A DNA stretch of 64,000 nt, from positions 96,001 through 160,000 of the forward strand of contig CBDFLQ010000007.1 in the NCBI GenBank assembly GCA_965249275.1, given 5' to 3'. Of this stretch, positions 1-11,915 are shown in pieces. Numbering within the stretch: position 1 is the stretch's first letter; every line of letters begins with the position of its first letter. The notes beneath the pieces were generated by a model. The model was not told the origin of the DNA and ran no database searches. It saw only the letters and a program-made list of their open reading frames with translations. A program made the translations under genes and the position numbers. This stretch comes from Dehalococcoidia bacterium (GTDB lineage: Bacteria; Chloroflexota; Dehalococcoidia; Plut-88900).

Positions 1-2121
1 CTCGATGATCAGGGCCTGGACTCCACCCTTGCCAAACGCCCGAGCCAGCTCTTCGTAGCTCCCCTTCTCCCGAGTGGCGCGGTTGAACTGGATCCTCTGG
101 ACTTTGGCCCTATCCTCCAAGGCTCGGATTGCCTGGAGCCGCTCCCGCAGGCCTGCGAGTCGGTCCCGACGCTCCCTCAGGTTTCGGCCAACCCCTTCCA
201 ACAACGACTGCCCCTCTCTCAACCTCCGGACCAAACCGGGCAACTGTGCGGCCTGCTCTTCGATTCCTTGAAGACTCGTCCGCTCGGCTTCAATACGGGA
301 TTGCAGTTCGGTCCTGCGGGCCTCTGCCAAGCGAAGGTCATCCCGAGCCTCATCGCTGCGGCTCCTAGCCTCCTGCAGCTTCAACCAGGCGAGGTCCGAG
401 CCTTGAAGAGACCGGACCTGCTCGGAAACTTGCTGGTGGGCATCGGGATCGTACGCCAGGGCCCCGAGCCGGCGATTCAACTCAGAGAGCTCATCGCGCA
501 CTCCCTGATTGAACGTGTCTTCTTCAAGGAGCGCCGAGACCGCAGATCGCTCTGCCTGTAGGGGCACTAGCTGACCCGCTGCCTCCTTCCCCTCCCTGAC
601 GTCCCTTTCCAGGACCACAACCCGAGCCTGCAGGTCCCTCCGCTCCCTCTCCGCCTCGGCTTGCGCTCTCTGTGTGCCCGTCTTCGACTTGTCCCGCTCA
701 GCAGTCATCTCCGTGATCCGACGACGGTTTTCATCGTACTTGCGGCGTCGTTGCTCACCCTCGGAATTCAGCGCCGAGCGAACGTGCTCGATTCCCGCCT
801 CCGCCAGCGATGTCCCACACGTCGGGCATTGAGAGACCCCTTCTGTGAGAAGGTCCACCTTCTTGCGCAGCTCCTTCATCTCTTCGACCAGGTTGCGATT
901 GTCGGATTCCAGGCTGCGTATGGCCACGGACATCTCTTCCTCGCGGCGGGACTCCTCGTTCAGTTCGAGGAAGCGTTCGTCCAGGGCCGCGAGCCTCTCG
1001 GCGCTCTGGGTCAGCCTCTCCTCCGAGACCTCTATCCTCGACTGCTTCTCTTCCAAGGCCCGACACTCGGCCTTGAGCCGTTCCAGCTTGGCATTGAGTT
1101 GGACACGCTCGGCATCCAATTGCCGTTCCAACTTATTCCGCTGGTCGGTGAGCCGGCTGTGCTCCCTCAATCCGTCAGCGAATTCCTTTTCCGCCTCGAC
1201 TGCGTGTCGAAAGCGGGCATACCGGTCTTCCAGCGCGTCGGCGTCCTGGAGTAGGCGGTCGTAGTCAGACAGCCGAGACCTGTGCCGGTCCACGTCCCCA
1301 CGGGTGCGAGACAAGTCCTCTTCCAGCCCGCGCAGCCGACCCCTTAGTGAGTCCAGTTCCGAAACACTGGACTCGATGCGGATCTTCCGGGCCGTCAACC
1401 CCTGTACAGCTTCTCGCCGCCTGCTTTCCTCAGTTTCCAGTCCTCCCACTTCTTCCAAAAGCCGGCTGACGTCGGCCTCCAAATCCGGCCTTTTCTCAGA
1501 TTCCCTTTCGATTTCGGTCAAAGAGTGCTCAAGCTGCGCCGACTCCCTCTCCCTGCTCCGCGCCTTCTGCCGCGATAACTCTTCGAGGATGTCGTAGTAG
1601 GAAAGGTCCAGTATGTCGGCGAGGACTTCTTTGCGCTCCTTGGGCGTTCGTAGGGTGAATTCGTCCGCCCGGCCCTGGCGAAGAAAGGCGCTGTTGACGA
1701 AGGTCTCGTATTCAAGGCGCAGGAGTTGGTTGATCTGGGCCTGGGTATCGGCGATGGTGTTCCCGGTGATGGGCCTGAACTGTCCCCCACCCCCCGACCC
1801 CGCAACCTGAAGCTCCAGCACGCTCGCCCCCGACCCGCGGCCTCTGGCCCTTTTCCGTTTCCTTATCACCCGGTACACGTCCTCCCCGTTGGAGAATTCC
1901 AGCTCCACCTCCATGTCCGATTCACCGATGTGAATAAGGTCGTCGACTCCCCTTCCCCTCGCCTTTCCCCACAATGCCCAGGTCATCGCATCCAACAGCG
2001 CCGATTTACCGTGTCCGTTGTCGCCGCAGATACAGGCTACGTGGATCCCTGTCAGATCCAGCGGGTCCGGGACGTCCCGGTAGCACATGAAGTTCTTGAG
2101 GCGCAGCCTGAGAGGAATCAC
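1..2121 (-). CDS. sbcC: SbcC/Rad50-like SMC-family ATPase (3' end runs off window)
   Basis: Not in ORF track. Minus-strand GTG at 2121 reads MIPLRLRLKNFMCY...ICGDNGHGKSALLDAMTWALWG (Walker A), then FLRQGRADEFT and a long coiled coil. Confidence 0.9.
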   Translation of the reverse strand, partial: MIPLRLRLKNFMCYRDVPDPLDLTGIHVACICGDNGHGKSALLDAMTWALWGKARGRGVDDLIHIGESDMEVELEFSNGEDVYRVIRKRKRARGRGSGASVLELQVAGSGGGGQFRPITGNTIADTQAQINQLLRLEYETFVNSAFLRQGRADEFTLRTPKERKEVLADILDLSYYDILEELSRQKARSRERESAQLEHSLTEIERESEKRPDLEADVSRLLEEVGGLETEESRRREAVQGLTARKIRIESSVSELDSLRGRLRGLEEDLSRTRGDVDRHRSRLSDYDRLLQDADALEDRYARFRHAVEAEKEFADGLREHSRLTDQRNKLERQLDAERVQLNAKLERLKAECRALEEKQSRIEVSEERLTQSAERLAALDERFLELNEESRREEEMSVAIRSLESDNRNLVEEMKELRKKVDLLTEGVSQCPTCGTSLAEAGIEHVRSALNSEGEQRRRKYDENRRRITEMTAERDKSKTGTQRAQAEAERERRDLQARVVVLERDVREGKEAAGQLVPLQAERSAVSALLEEDTFNQGVRDELSELNRRLGALAYDPDAHQQVSEQVRSLQGSDLAWLKLQEARSRSDEARDDLRLAEARRTELQSRIEAERTSLQGIEEQAAQLPGLVRRLREGQSLLEGVGRNLRERRDRLAGLRERLQAIRALEDRAKVQRIQFNRATREKGSYEELARAFGKGGVQALIIE

Positions 2122-2167
2122 TTCGCGGCTCCCGAGACTTTCATCGGAAACGTGGAAGCGGAATACA

Positions 2168-2851
2168 TCAGTTGGGCTTGACGATGATCTTGCTGGCCGT
2201 ATCCGTGCTTATCACGATCTCGTGGTGGTCTACTTCCAGCGTGATCGTGCCCTTGAAGCCGGCCACGTCCAGCACTCTCATCGTCCATGAAGGGGACACG
2301 TTGTGCTCGTCCAGGTACTGAAGGAGCTCGGCGTCCTCTTCCGGAACGCGTTTGACGGTGACGTGGGTGCCTTTGGGAATCTCGCTCAGGGACTTGAGGT
2401 GGGACCGGATGTGCCGTGCCCTGGCATATCCCTCGCTTCCCGGTATCGGATACCCGTGAGGGCAAGTGGTCGGGTTGTTCAGCAGCTTTACTAGCCTATC
2501 GCCAACTTCCTGCGAAATGCCGTGCTCCAGCCGGTGGGCCTCCGAGTAGGCCTTATGCCAGGCCAGGTCCAGCACGTCGGTCAAGAAGCGCTCCGCCAGA
2601 CGATGCCTGCGTATGACCTCCTCAGCAATCTTGTTGCCGGCCACCGTGAGCGCTATCTCCTTCTTCCGAGAGACCTTGATGTGGCCATCTCGGGCCATTC
2701 TGCGCACCGTCCCGAATGCCGTGGCAGGAGACACGCCCAGAGTCTCTGCAAGCCGAGCCGAGATAACGGGCTTACCTTCCTCCACGAATCGGAAGATCGT
2801 CGTCAGGAAATCATCCGTCGCCACCGAGGTCGGTTTTGCTATTCCCGGCAT
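2168..2851 (-). CDS. DtxR/IdeR/MntR-family metal-dependent repressor with C-terminal FeoA/SH3-like domain
   Basis: N-terminal wHTH (LAETLGVSPAT), RRHRLAERFL, EAHRLEHG and PTTCPHGYPIP motifs. Confidence 0.93.
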   Translation of the reverse strand: MPGIAKPTSVATDDFLTTIFRFVEEGKPVISARLAETLGVSPATAFGTVRRMARDGHIKVSRKKEIALTVAGNKIAEEVIRRHRLAERFLTDVLDLAWHKAYSEAHRLEHGISQEVGDRLVKLLNNPTTCPHGYPIPGSEGYARARHIRSHLKSLSEIPKGTHVTVKRVPEEDAELLQYLDEHNVSPSWTMRVLDVAGFKGTITLEVDHHEIVISTDTASKIIVKPN

Positions 2852-2945
2852 TGCAAAGCCTTATTTGTGCATTGGTTCTCAAGCGTATTCATTATTTGCC
2901 ACATGCAATCGCGTAAATTCGCACGAAAATTGCGTGAAAAAGGTA

Positions 2946-2976
2946 TTGACAGGTCTTATTTGTTAGCCTAGCCTAA
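2946..2976 (+). promoter_or_regulatory. Sigma70-type promoter overlapped by a DtxR/IdeR-type operator
   Basis: TTGACA at 2946-2951, 17-nt spacer, TAGCCT at 2969-2974. ATTTGTTAGCCTAGCCTAA (2958-2976) matches the DtxR/IdeR consensus TTAGGTTAGCCTAACCTAA at 15/19. Lies between the repressor and the iron transporter. Confidence 0.75.
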
Positions 2977-3048
2977 CTCCCAAGTTTCTCTTTATGAAGT
3001 TACCCTCATGGTGAAACGCAAATCAAATGAATTATAGCACGAGCCCTT

Positions 3049-4179
3049 TTGACGAACCGAAGTAAAGAAGGGACGGCAAACCGAGTGAATCCTTTAGGGT
3101 CCAAAAAATCAATCGTTCCCCTGACCGCCTTGGCTCTGGTTTTGGTGTTTCTGTCGACACTAGCTTTGGCATGTGGCGCCGAACCCACTCCTACGCAGGC
3201 ATCTCAGCCAAACCCCACGCAACCCCCCACAATAGACGAAGGTCAAGATGACCCCGGAGAACTCGTCATTTACTCCGGTCGAGAAGAAGACCTCATAGGC
3301 CCGATCGTCGAACAGTTCGCCACGGCCACCGGAATTGATGTCAAGGTCAACTACGGCTCTAACGCTGCCCTTGTGGCGACCATCCACGAAGAGGGCCAGA
3401 ACAGCCCCGCCGACATCTACTACGGCTCCGACCCCGGCTCCTTGGGCGCTTTGGAGTCGAGACTCCAGGACCTGCCGGACTCGATACTGTCCAAGGTAGA
3501 CCCGAAGCTTGCATCCCGGCAAGGCAAGTGGGTCGGAATTTCCGGGCGGGCTCGGACCGTTGTATACAACACCGAGACCCTTGCTGAGGCCGACCTGCCC
3601 CCCTCAATTCTTGACTACACCGATCCTAAGTGGAAGGGTCGCATCGGCTGGGCCCCTACAAACGGCTCCTTTCAGGCCTTCGTGACTGCCCTGCGATTGA
3701 CGGAGGGAGAGGACGCGGCCAGGGCGTGGCTGGAGGGCATCCAGGCCAACGAGCCCAGGGTCTATCCCAAGAACACTCCCATAGTCCAGGCGGCCGCCGA
3801 TGGTGAGATCGATGTCGGCTTTGTGAACCACTACTACCTGTTCAGGTTCCTCGCCGAGGAGGGTGAAGGGTTCAAGGCGAGAAACCACTTCCCCACGGGA
3901 GGCGACGTCGGGTCCACGATCCTGGTGTCGGGCGCAGGGATAGTTGACTCTTCCGACAATAAAGAAAATGCGGAAAGGTTCATCGAATTCCTGCTCTCGA
4001 CCGTCAGCCAGCAATACTTTGCAAGCCAGACCTTTGAATACCCGGTAATAGAGGGAGTCACGCTCCATCCGGAGCTGCTCCCTCTGTCCGAGATCGATGT
4101 CCCAGACGTAGACCTGGGCTCCTTGCAGGATTTGGAGGGGACACTGAAACTGTTACGGGACACGGGGATAGTCCCATAG
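3049..4179 (+). CDS. Fe(III) ABC transporter substrate-binding lipoprotein (FutA/FbpA/SfuA family)
   Basis: Lipobox LALAC, LVIYSGR, EGQNSPADI and NHYY iron-ligand motif. True start may be slightly downstream. Confidence 0.9.
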   Translation: MTNRSKEGTANRVNPLGSKKSIVPLTALALVLVFLSTLALACGAEPTPTQASQPNPTQPPTIDEGQDDPGELVIYSGREEDLIGPIVEQFATATGIDVKVNYGSNAALVATIHEEGQNSPADIYYGSDPGSLGALESRLQDLPDSILSKVDPKLASRQGKWVGISGRARTVVYNTETLAEADLPPSILDYTDPKWKGRIGWAPTNGSFQAFVTALRLTEGEDAARAWLEGIQANEPRVYPKNTPIVQAAADGEIDVGFVNHYYLFRFLAEEGEGFKARNHFPTGGDVGSTILVSGAGIVDSSDNKENAERFIEFLLSTVSQQYFASQTFEYPVIEGVTLHPELLPLSEIDVPDVDLGSLQDLEGTLKLLRDTGIVP

Positions 4180-4207
4180 TCTTCCCACTGGGTTATCAAA
4201 TCAGGCC

Positions 4208-5872
4208 GTGAGGGTAACGCGGGCAGCCAACGGCGCAGCGTTCCTCCGAGGTCCCATAGCCGGGGCCCTAAGGCAAATCATGCCTGGGGCCCCGGCCTTC
4301 ATCTGGGTCCCTGCCCTCCTGATTGCCGCCGCTCTCGCCCTGCCATTGGTCTACCTCATTCTGCGGGCCCTTGGCACGGAGAATGGCATATGGGAAGTGC
4401 TGGTCAGATGGCGCACCCTGCAAATCTTGGGACGCTCCGCGTTGCTGGCCGCATCGGTTACCGGGTTGTGCATTGCGTTGTCCGTGCCCCTGGCGTGGCT
4501 CACCGTCAGGACCGACCTCCCACTGAAGCGGTTCTGGTCGGTTGTTACGGCTCTTCCCTTGGTCATCCCCAGCTATCTGGGGGCCTTCGCCCTCATAGCG
4601 GCCCTCTCGCCGCGTGGAATGTTCCAGCAGCTTCTCGGTGGTGTCTTTGGCATTGAACGGCTCCCCGATATCCATGGGTTTTGGGGCGCGACCCTGACCC
4701 TGACAGCGCTCAGCTTTCCTTACGTCCTGCTCCCCGTGCGGGCAGCAATGCGAAACCTGGGCCCGGGGGTCGAGGAGTCAGCCCGGGTGCTGGGTCACGG
4801 GCCCTGGTCGGTCTTCTACCGCATCACCCTGATGCAGCTCCGCCCTGCCATTGTCGCCGGTGCGCTCCTCGTATCCCTCTACACCCTGAGCGATTTCGGG
4901 GCCGTTTCCCTCCTCCAATACGAGACCTTCACCTGGGCCATATATCTCCAGTTCAACTCCGCTTTCGACCGTGGCATAGCCGCAAGCCTTTCTCTGGTCC
5001 TTGTTGGTACGGCTCTGGCGATACTGCTTTTCGACTCGTATACCAGGGGCCTCGCCCGGTACTCAAGCAAGGGTGTGGGTGGCAAGAAACGCACCCCAAT
5101 GGTGAGCCTTGGCAGGTGGAAGTGGGTCGGTGTAGGGTTCTGCTCTCTCGTCGGGCTTGTGAGCATTGGCATGCCCCTCTCGGTCCTATCCTACTGGCTG
5201 GTCAGAGGCCTGGCTGCCGGCGAACAGATCAGTTCTTTCTGGGGCGCCGCCGCAAACTCCGTTTATGTATCGTTGCTGGCCGCTGCCGTGTGCGTGCTCG
5301 CCGCGGTACCCGTTGCCATGCTCAGCGTCCGATACCCGAGCCGCTTCTCCTCCATGGTCGAACGATTCAGCTATCTGGGATTCGCGTTGCCAGGGGTCGT
5401 GGTCGCCTTGGCCCTCGTCTACTTCGGCGCTAACTACGCTCTGCCTCTCTATCAGACCCTCGCCATGCTCATATTCGCCTACGCCATCCTCTTTCTGCCC
5501 CCAGCCGTGGGAGCGATAAGGGCCCAGCTGCTTCAGATAGACCCGAGAATCGAGGAGGCAGCCCGGGGCCTCGGCCTTTCCCCCCCGAGGGTCTTCCTGT
5601 CGGTAACTCTCCCCCTCATCAGGAGTGGGGTCCTGGCGGGGGGCGCACTGGTGTTCTTGATCACCATGAAGGAACTTCCGGCGACCCTCCTGCTCGGCCC
5701 TATCGGCTTCAAAACTCTGGCTACCAGCGTCTGGGGCGCCTCCGAGGCTGCCTTCTTCGCCAAGGCTGCTCTTCCCGCTCTGCTGCTGGTGCTCCTTTCC
5801 TCCGTGCCGATGGCCCTGCTGGTCCTCGCGGACAAAGGCCGAGACCAGACCCTTCAACGGGCCAAGAGGTGA
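4208..5872 (+). CDS. Fe(III) ABC transporter permease (FbpB-like)
   Basis: Two EAA loops (EESARVLG, EEAARGLG), KELPATLLL and many TM segments. Confidence 0.92.
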   Translation: MRVTRAANGAAFLRGPIAGALRQIMPGAPAFIWVPALLIAAALALPLVYLILRALGTENGIWEVLVRWRTLQILGRSALLAASVTGLCIALSVPLAWLTVRTDLPLKRFWSVVTALPLVIPSYLGAFALIAALSPRGMFQQLLGGVFGIERLPDIHGFWGATLTLTALSFPYVLLPVRAAMRNLGPGVEESARVLGHGPWSVFYRITLMQLRPAIVAGALLVSLYTLSDFGAVSLLQYETFTWAIYLQFNSAFDRGIAASLSLVLVGTALAILLFDSYTRGLARYSSKGVGGKKRTPMVSLGRWKWVGVGFCSLVGLVSIGMPLSVLSYWLVRGLAAGEQISSFWGAAANSVYVSLLAAAVCVLAAVPVAMLSVRYPSRFSSMVERFSYLGFALPGVVVALALVYFGANYALPLYQTLAMLIFAYAILFLPPAVGAIRAQLLQIDPRIEEAARGLGLSPPRVFLSVTLPLIRSGVLAGGALVFLITMKELPATLLLGPIGFKTLATSVWGASEAAFFAKAALPALLLVLLSSVPMALLVLADKGRDQTLQRAKR

Positions 5873-5948
5873 CTTGGGCGGGCAAGTTGATATGGAATGG
5901 TCGGCGTGAGACACTGAGGACGCTCAAAGCGAAAGGACGCTGCCGCCC

Positions 5949-7067
5949 TTGCCTGCCAACTCTAATACGGCGCACTCAGTCGTAGAGCTAAGAAACACCT
6001 CGAAGACCTACCCGGGTACCACCTTCCCAGCGGTTAGCGAACTTTCTTTCTGTTTGGCCGAGGGCGAGATCTTGTCGATCCTCGGGCCCAGCGGTTGCGG
6101 TAAGAGCACCACTCTCCGGCTGATAGCCGGGTTCGAAGCGCCGGACTCCGGTGAAGTTTTCTTACGCGACAGCCGTGCATCCGGACAGGGCTGCCACGTT
6201 CCCCCCGAGAAACGAGGCGTGGCGATGGTCTTCCAGGACTACGCCCTGTTTCCTCACCTGTCTGTCGCCAAGAACATTGGCTTCGGCCTCAGGAACATGA
6301 AATCCAAAGAGCGGGCACAGCGGGTGAAGGAAGTCCTGGACATTATAGAATTGTCCTGGTTGGCCGACAGGTACCCGCACCAGATATCGGGCGGGCAGCA
6401 GCAGAGAGTCGCGTTGGGTCGGGCCCTGGCCCCCCGGCCCGTGGTGATCCTCCTTGACGAGCCCTTCAGTAATCTGGACAACGCCATGCGAGGCCAGATG
6501 AGGCGGGAGGTGCAAGCTATTCTTCGGCGGGAAAGGGCCACGGCCATCCTCGTTACCCATGACCAGCAGGAGGCGCTATCCTTCGCTGACAGAGTGGCAG
6601 TGATGCACCGGGGGAAGCTGGAGCAGATGGGGACGCCGGAGGAGATATTTCACAAGCCCGCCACCTCCTTTGTCGCAACCTTTGTCGGGCACGCCAGCTT
6701 CATCTCCGGCCGGGTGGACGGTGAAGAGATAGACACGGAGATCGGCAGTTTGGCGTATGACGGCGACCATCTGCTCACCGAGGTCATCGTCATGATCAGA
6801 CCCGATGACGTCAAACTCCTCCCCGACGCCGCAGGCCAGGGGACCATAATGTCCAGGGAGTTTCACGGCTCCCGAAACTTCTATTTCGTGGAGCTCGACT
6901 CCGGGACGACGATTCGGAGCAGACAGCCGTCTGGGACAATATACCCTCCCGGCATGAAGGTCAGGGTCTCTCCGAAAAAGTCGGCGGAAGTCGTGGTATT
7001 CCCCCAAACCCAGCAGGGCCTGATTCCTAGAGACCTTCCTATATCAGACCTCGACTTGAACCCCTGA
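5949..7067 (+). CDS. ABC transporter ATP-binding protein (FbpC/PotA-like, TOBE domain)
   Basis: GPSGCGKS, ISGGQQQRV, LLDEPFSNLD, VTHD. Confidence 0.93.
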   Translation: MPANSNTAHSVVELRNTSKTYPGTTFPAVSELSFCLAEGEILSILGPSGCGKSTTLRLIAGFEAPDSGEVFLRDSRASGQGCHVPPEKRGVAMVFQDYALFPHLSVAKNIGFGLRNMKSKERAQRVKEVLDIIELSWLADRYPHQISGGQQQRVALGRALAPRPVVILLDEPFSNLDNAMRGQMRREVQAILRRERATAILVTHDQQEALSFADRVAVMHRGKLEQMGTPEEIFHKPATSFVATFVGHASFISGRVDGEEIDTEIGSLAYDGDHLLTEVIVMIRPDDVKLLPDAAGQGTIMSREFHGSRNFYFVELDSGTTIRSRQPSGTIYPPGMKVRVSPKKSAEVVVFPQTQQGLIPRDLPISDLDLNP

Positions 7068-7093
7068 CTCCTAGATCCATAACCACTCAAAAC

Positions 7094-7774
7094 ATGCCCG
7101 AAAGCGAGTCGACTATCGCAATTGACGGCCCCGGCGCGGTGGGCAAGACTACCGTCGGTAGAATGCTTTCAGAGCGCATCGGATTCCTTTTTATTGATAC
7201 GGGAGTAATGTACCGGGCAGTAACCGCCGTGGCGATTCACAGGAACGTTGACACGGATGACGAGGACGCCGTCACCTGTCTCGCAAGGTCGGTCGACATC
7301 CGCATCACCGGAGGCCCGGGGCCAGGTTCCCAGAGGGTGATGGTGGACGGCAGTGACGTAACGGGTAGCATCCGCTCCCAGGCCGTCGACAAGCGCGTCT
7401 CTGCCGTTTCCAGCTACTCCGGTGTTCGAGAGGCTATGGTCGACCAGCAGCGTGCCTTGGCGTCTCGAGAGGGAGTAGTGATGGTGGGCCGGGACATCGG
7501 CACCGTCGTCCTGCCCGATGCAAAGCTCAAGATTTACCTGACCGCAACTGCAGAGGCTCGAGCCAGGCGGCGTTACGCTGAGTTGGGGGATGCAGGTTCT
7601 GACGTGAGCTTCGAATCCGTTCTCCAGGCCCTAGAACGCCGAGACAAGACCGACTCCGAAAGGGCCCATTCGCCCCTGAAACCCGCGCTCGACTCCATAA
7701 TCGTCGACACTTCCCATCTCACTGCCGACCAGGTCGTCGACCGCATCATGGAGCTCTGGCGCACCGTGAACTGA
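7094..7774 (+). CDS. cmk: Cytidylate kinase
   Basis: IAIDGPGAVGKTT, DTGVMYRA, GRDIGTVVLPDA, RRDKTD. Confidence 0.95.
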   Translation: MPESESTIAIDGPGAVGKTTVGRMLSERIGFLFIDTGVMYRAVTAVAIHRNVDTDDEDAVTCLARSVDIRITGGPGPGSQRVMVDGSDVTGSIRSQAVDKRVSAVSSYSGVREAMVDQQRALASREGVVMVGRDIGTVVLPDAKLKIYLTATAEARARRRYAELGDAGSDVSFESVLQALERRDKTDSERAHSPLKPALDSIIVDTSHLTADQVVDRIMELWRTVN

Positions 7775-7786
7775 TACTACTCGCCT

Positions 7787-9631
7787 ATGTGTGGAATCGT
7801 AGGATACGTGGGCAATCGCCCCGCTGGGCCGATACTGTTCGATGCCCTCAGCCGCCTTGAATACCGAGGCTACGACAGCGCGGGAATCGCCGTAATCGAC
7901 GGTACGGGCAAGGCCGTGGTCGAGAAACAGGCCGGCAAGCTGGGAGCTTTGGTAGCGAGCGTCGGAACTCGGGTCCCGGAGGGATGTACGGGCATTGGGC
8001 ACACCCGCTGGGCCACCCACGGCAAACCCACGACCCCAAATGCCCATCCCCACTCCGACTGTACCGGTAAATTCCTGGTCGTACACAATGGCATCATCGA
8101 AAACTATCGCATACTCAAAAAAGCGCTAATCGGGGCTGGGCACAAGTTCACCTCGGAGACGGACTCGGAGGTGATAGCTCACCTGGTTGAGGAGAATAGG
8201 AGCGCGGGCATCGGGCTAGTGGAGGCCGTAAGGAAGAGCCTCGACCTCCTGGAAGGCGCATTCTCGGTGGCTGTAACGGCCGCCGACGAGCCCGGCAAGA
8301 TAATAGCGGCGCGGGTTGGCAACGGCGGTGGAATAGTGGTCGGGTATGGAGAAGGTGAGATGTTTCTCGCCAGCGACCTTCCTGCCATCTCTCCATATAT
8401 CCGAAACGCGATCTATCTAAAGAACGGCGAATTGGCTCTCGTCGAACCCTGCGGCTCCCGCTACTTTGATGAAAGCGGCACTCAATTGGCACGGACCCCC
8501 ACCCCCGTCTCCCACGGTGACGTAGCCTTTGCCAAGGGCGGCTACAAGCACTTCATGCTCAAGGAGATAATGGAGCAACCGGAGTCGCTAACCAACCTTC
8601 TCCGGGGACGCATCAGCTTCGACCCCGCAGGCATCCTTCTCCCCGAGCTCTCTGATGCCGCCGGCATGCTTGCGAAAACCGAACGGGTAATCATCGTAGG
8701 CATGGGTACAAGCTTGCACGCCGCCGCCGTGGGAGCGCGAATGTTTGAGGCGCTCGCCCGGGTCCCCGCCGAGGCGGAGAACGCCTCCGAGTTCCGCTAT
8801 CGGGACCCGGTGATCAGCTCTACGACACTCGTAATATCCGTCTCGCAGTCCGGCGAAACCGTGGACACCCTCGCGGCGATGGAGGAGGCCAAGTCCCGTG
8901 GCGCGGGCCTTATCGCCGTTACGAACAACGAACTCAGCCAGGCCACCGTCCTCGCCGACGCAACGCTCGACATAAGAGCAGGTGCGGAGATTGGAGTTGC
9001 CAGCACCAAGTGTCTAACCAATTCCATATTGGCCCTTTATCTGGTAGCCTCTTATATGGGACGGGCGCGGGGCCTGCTTTCTGGCGGACAGGTCACCCAA
9101 ATGGTAGATGATCTGGCCAGGCTCCCGAGCCTCATAAGCCGAGCCCTGGAGACTGACAACGCGGCCCGGGAAATAGCCCGGCGGCTATACCGGACCAACA
9201 ATTACCTCTACTTGGGGAGGGGAATCAGTTATCCCGTAGCCATGGAAGGTGCGCTTAAGCTGAAAGAGATCAGCTACTGCCACGCCGAGGGTTACCAGGC
9301 CGGGGAGATGAAACACGGGCCCATAGCCCTCATTGACGAGGACATGCCCGTCGTAGCTCTGGCCTTGCAAGACTGCCTATACCCGAAGATGCTCGGCAAC
9401 ATCGAAGAAGTGAAGGCGCGCGACGGTAAGGTCATTGCAATCGCGACCGAAGGTGACGAGGACATCGCGGCGAGGGTCGACCACGTCATATATGTCCCCC
9501 CAACCCCCGAGCTTCTTTCACCCCTCGTATCCGTGATTCCCCTGCAGCTGTTTGCCTATCATGTCGCCGTGACCCGGGGCTGTGACGTTGACCAGCCCAG
9601 AAATCTCGCAAAATCCGTGACCGTTGAATAA
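7787..9631 (+). CDS. glmS: Glutamine-fructose-6-phosphate transaminase (isomerizing)
   Basis: MCGIVG, EYRGYDSAG, GHTRWATHG, SQSGET, C-terminal DQPRNLAKSVTVE. Confidence 0.98.
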   Translation: MCGIVGYVGNRPAGPILFDALSRLEYRGYDSAGIAVIDGTGKAVVEKQAGKLGALVASVGTRVPEGCTGIGHTRWATHGKPTTPNAHPHSDCTGKFLVVHNGIIENYRILKKALIGAGHKFTSETDSEVIAHLVEENRSAGIGLVEAVRKSLDLLEGAFSVAVTAADEPGKIIAARVGNGGGIVVGYGEGEMFLASDLPAISPYIRNAIYLKNGELALVEPCGSRYFDESGTQLARTPTPVSHGDVAFAKGGYKHFMLKEIMEQPESLTNLLRGRISFDPAGILLPELSDAAGMLAKTERVIIVGMGTSLHAAAVGARMFEALARVPAEAENASEFRYRDPVISSTTLVISVSQSGETVDTLAAMEEAKSRGAGLIAVTNNELSQATVLADATLDIRAGAEIGVASTKCLTNSILALYLVASYMGRARGLLSGGQVTQMVDDLARLPSLISRALETDNAAREIARRLYRTNNYLYLGRGISYPVAMEGALKLKEISYCHAEGYQAGEMKHGPIALIDEDMPVVALALQDCLYPKMLGNIEEVKARDGKVIAIATEGDEDIAARVDHVIYVPPTPELLSPLVSVIPLQLFAYHVAVTRGCDVDQPRNLAKSVTVE

Positions 9632-9640
9632 GGAGAACGT

Positions 9641-9859
9641 TTGATGGACATTTCCAAGTTCGGCATATACGTTAATGCCAGTGAGAAGAAGGCTGTGAGA
9701 ATCAACTCGCCCTACTGGATTCCACCCGCCGAGGAATGGACTTACCTGACCCCTGAAGTGAACATGACACTGCTCAAGATACGAGACCTTGCCAAGGAAA
9801 AAGGCTTGTCCGATTCCCCTGACGAGATCGTGTGGACATCAATCCCCCTGCTTGACTGA
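9641..9859 (+). CDS. Small hypothetical protein
   Basis: AAGGAG RBS overlaps the glmS stop; 72 aa with natural composition. Confidence 0.7.
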   Translation: MMDISKFGIYVNASEKKAVRINSPYWIPPAEEWTYLTPEVNMTLLKIRDLAKEKGLSDSPDEIVWTSIPLLD

Positions 9860-9909
9860 GGGCTGACCATGATTTTGGATATAAGGGATGGTGATGTGAG
9901 TAAAGTCGG

Positions 9910-10293
9910 GTGAGGTCGGCAAGCGGCCCCGAACGACTGTGCCCCCGCTGCAAGGGCGGTGAGTTCAGACGAGGCTTCAGCTCGGTTACCGGGTACTGGG
10001 CCGGCCAGGTTCTAGTGCCCGTTATATGCTCTCGCTGCTATTACAACGTCGGTTTCGGCATCCAGACTGCGCTTCCCCGCTTCGAACCGGCGGAGGCAGG
10101 GACACCGCAGGCCGCAGGACGAGTGCACTCGCCGGGCACGACTCAAGACGATGGCCCACGCATGGTCTGGAGCGGAGGCCAGCGCGTCGGGCCCCTTCGC
10201 CGAGGAGCGATTCGGGACTGGGTGGTACTTGGAGCGGCTGCGCTCATAGTAGCCGGGATATTCTTCGTGTTCAGGTCTATCGGTTCAGGATAG
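9910..10293 (+). CDS. Hypothetical protein with CxxC...CxxC zinc-finger-like N-terminus and C-terminal TM helix
   Basis: CPRC...CSRC and a hydrophobic C-terminus; fills the gap before pckA. Confidence 0.5.
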   Translation: MRSASGPERLCPRCKGGEFRRGFSSVTGYWAGQVLVPVICSRCYYNVGFGIQTALPRFEPAEAGTPQAAGRVHSPGTTQDDGPRMVWSGGQRVGPLRRGAIRDWVVLGAAALIVAGIFFVFRSIGSG

Positions 10294-10311
10294 GAAGGAG
10301 GGGAGAACTTC

Positions 10312-11871
<1,560 letters not shown>

Positions 11872-11915
11872 CCGGTGCCCCGAGCACGAAACCCAATGAA
11901 CCGGCGAGTCCCGCA

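Noticed and set aside
7774-7787. glmS ribozyme
   Set aside because: Only 12 nt separate cmk and glmS.
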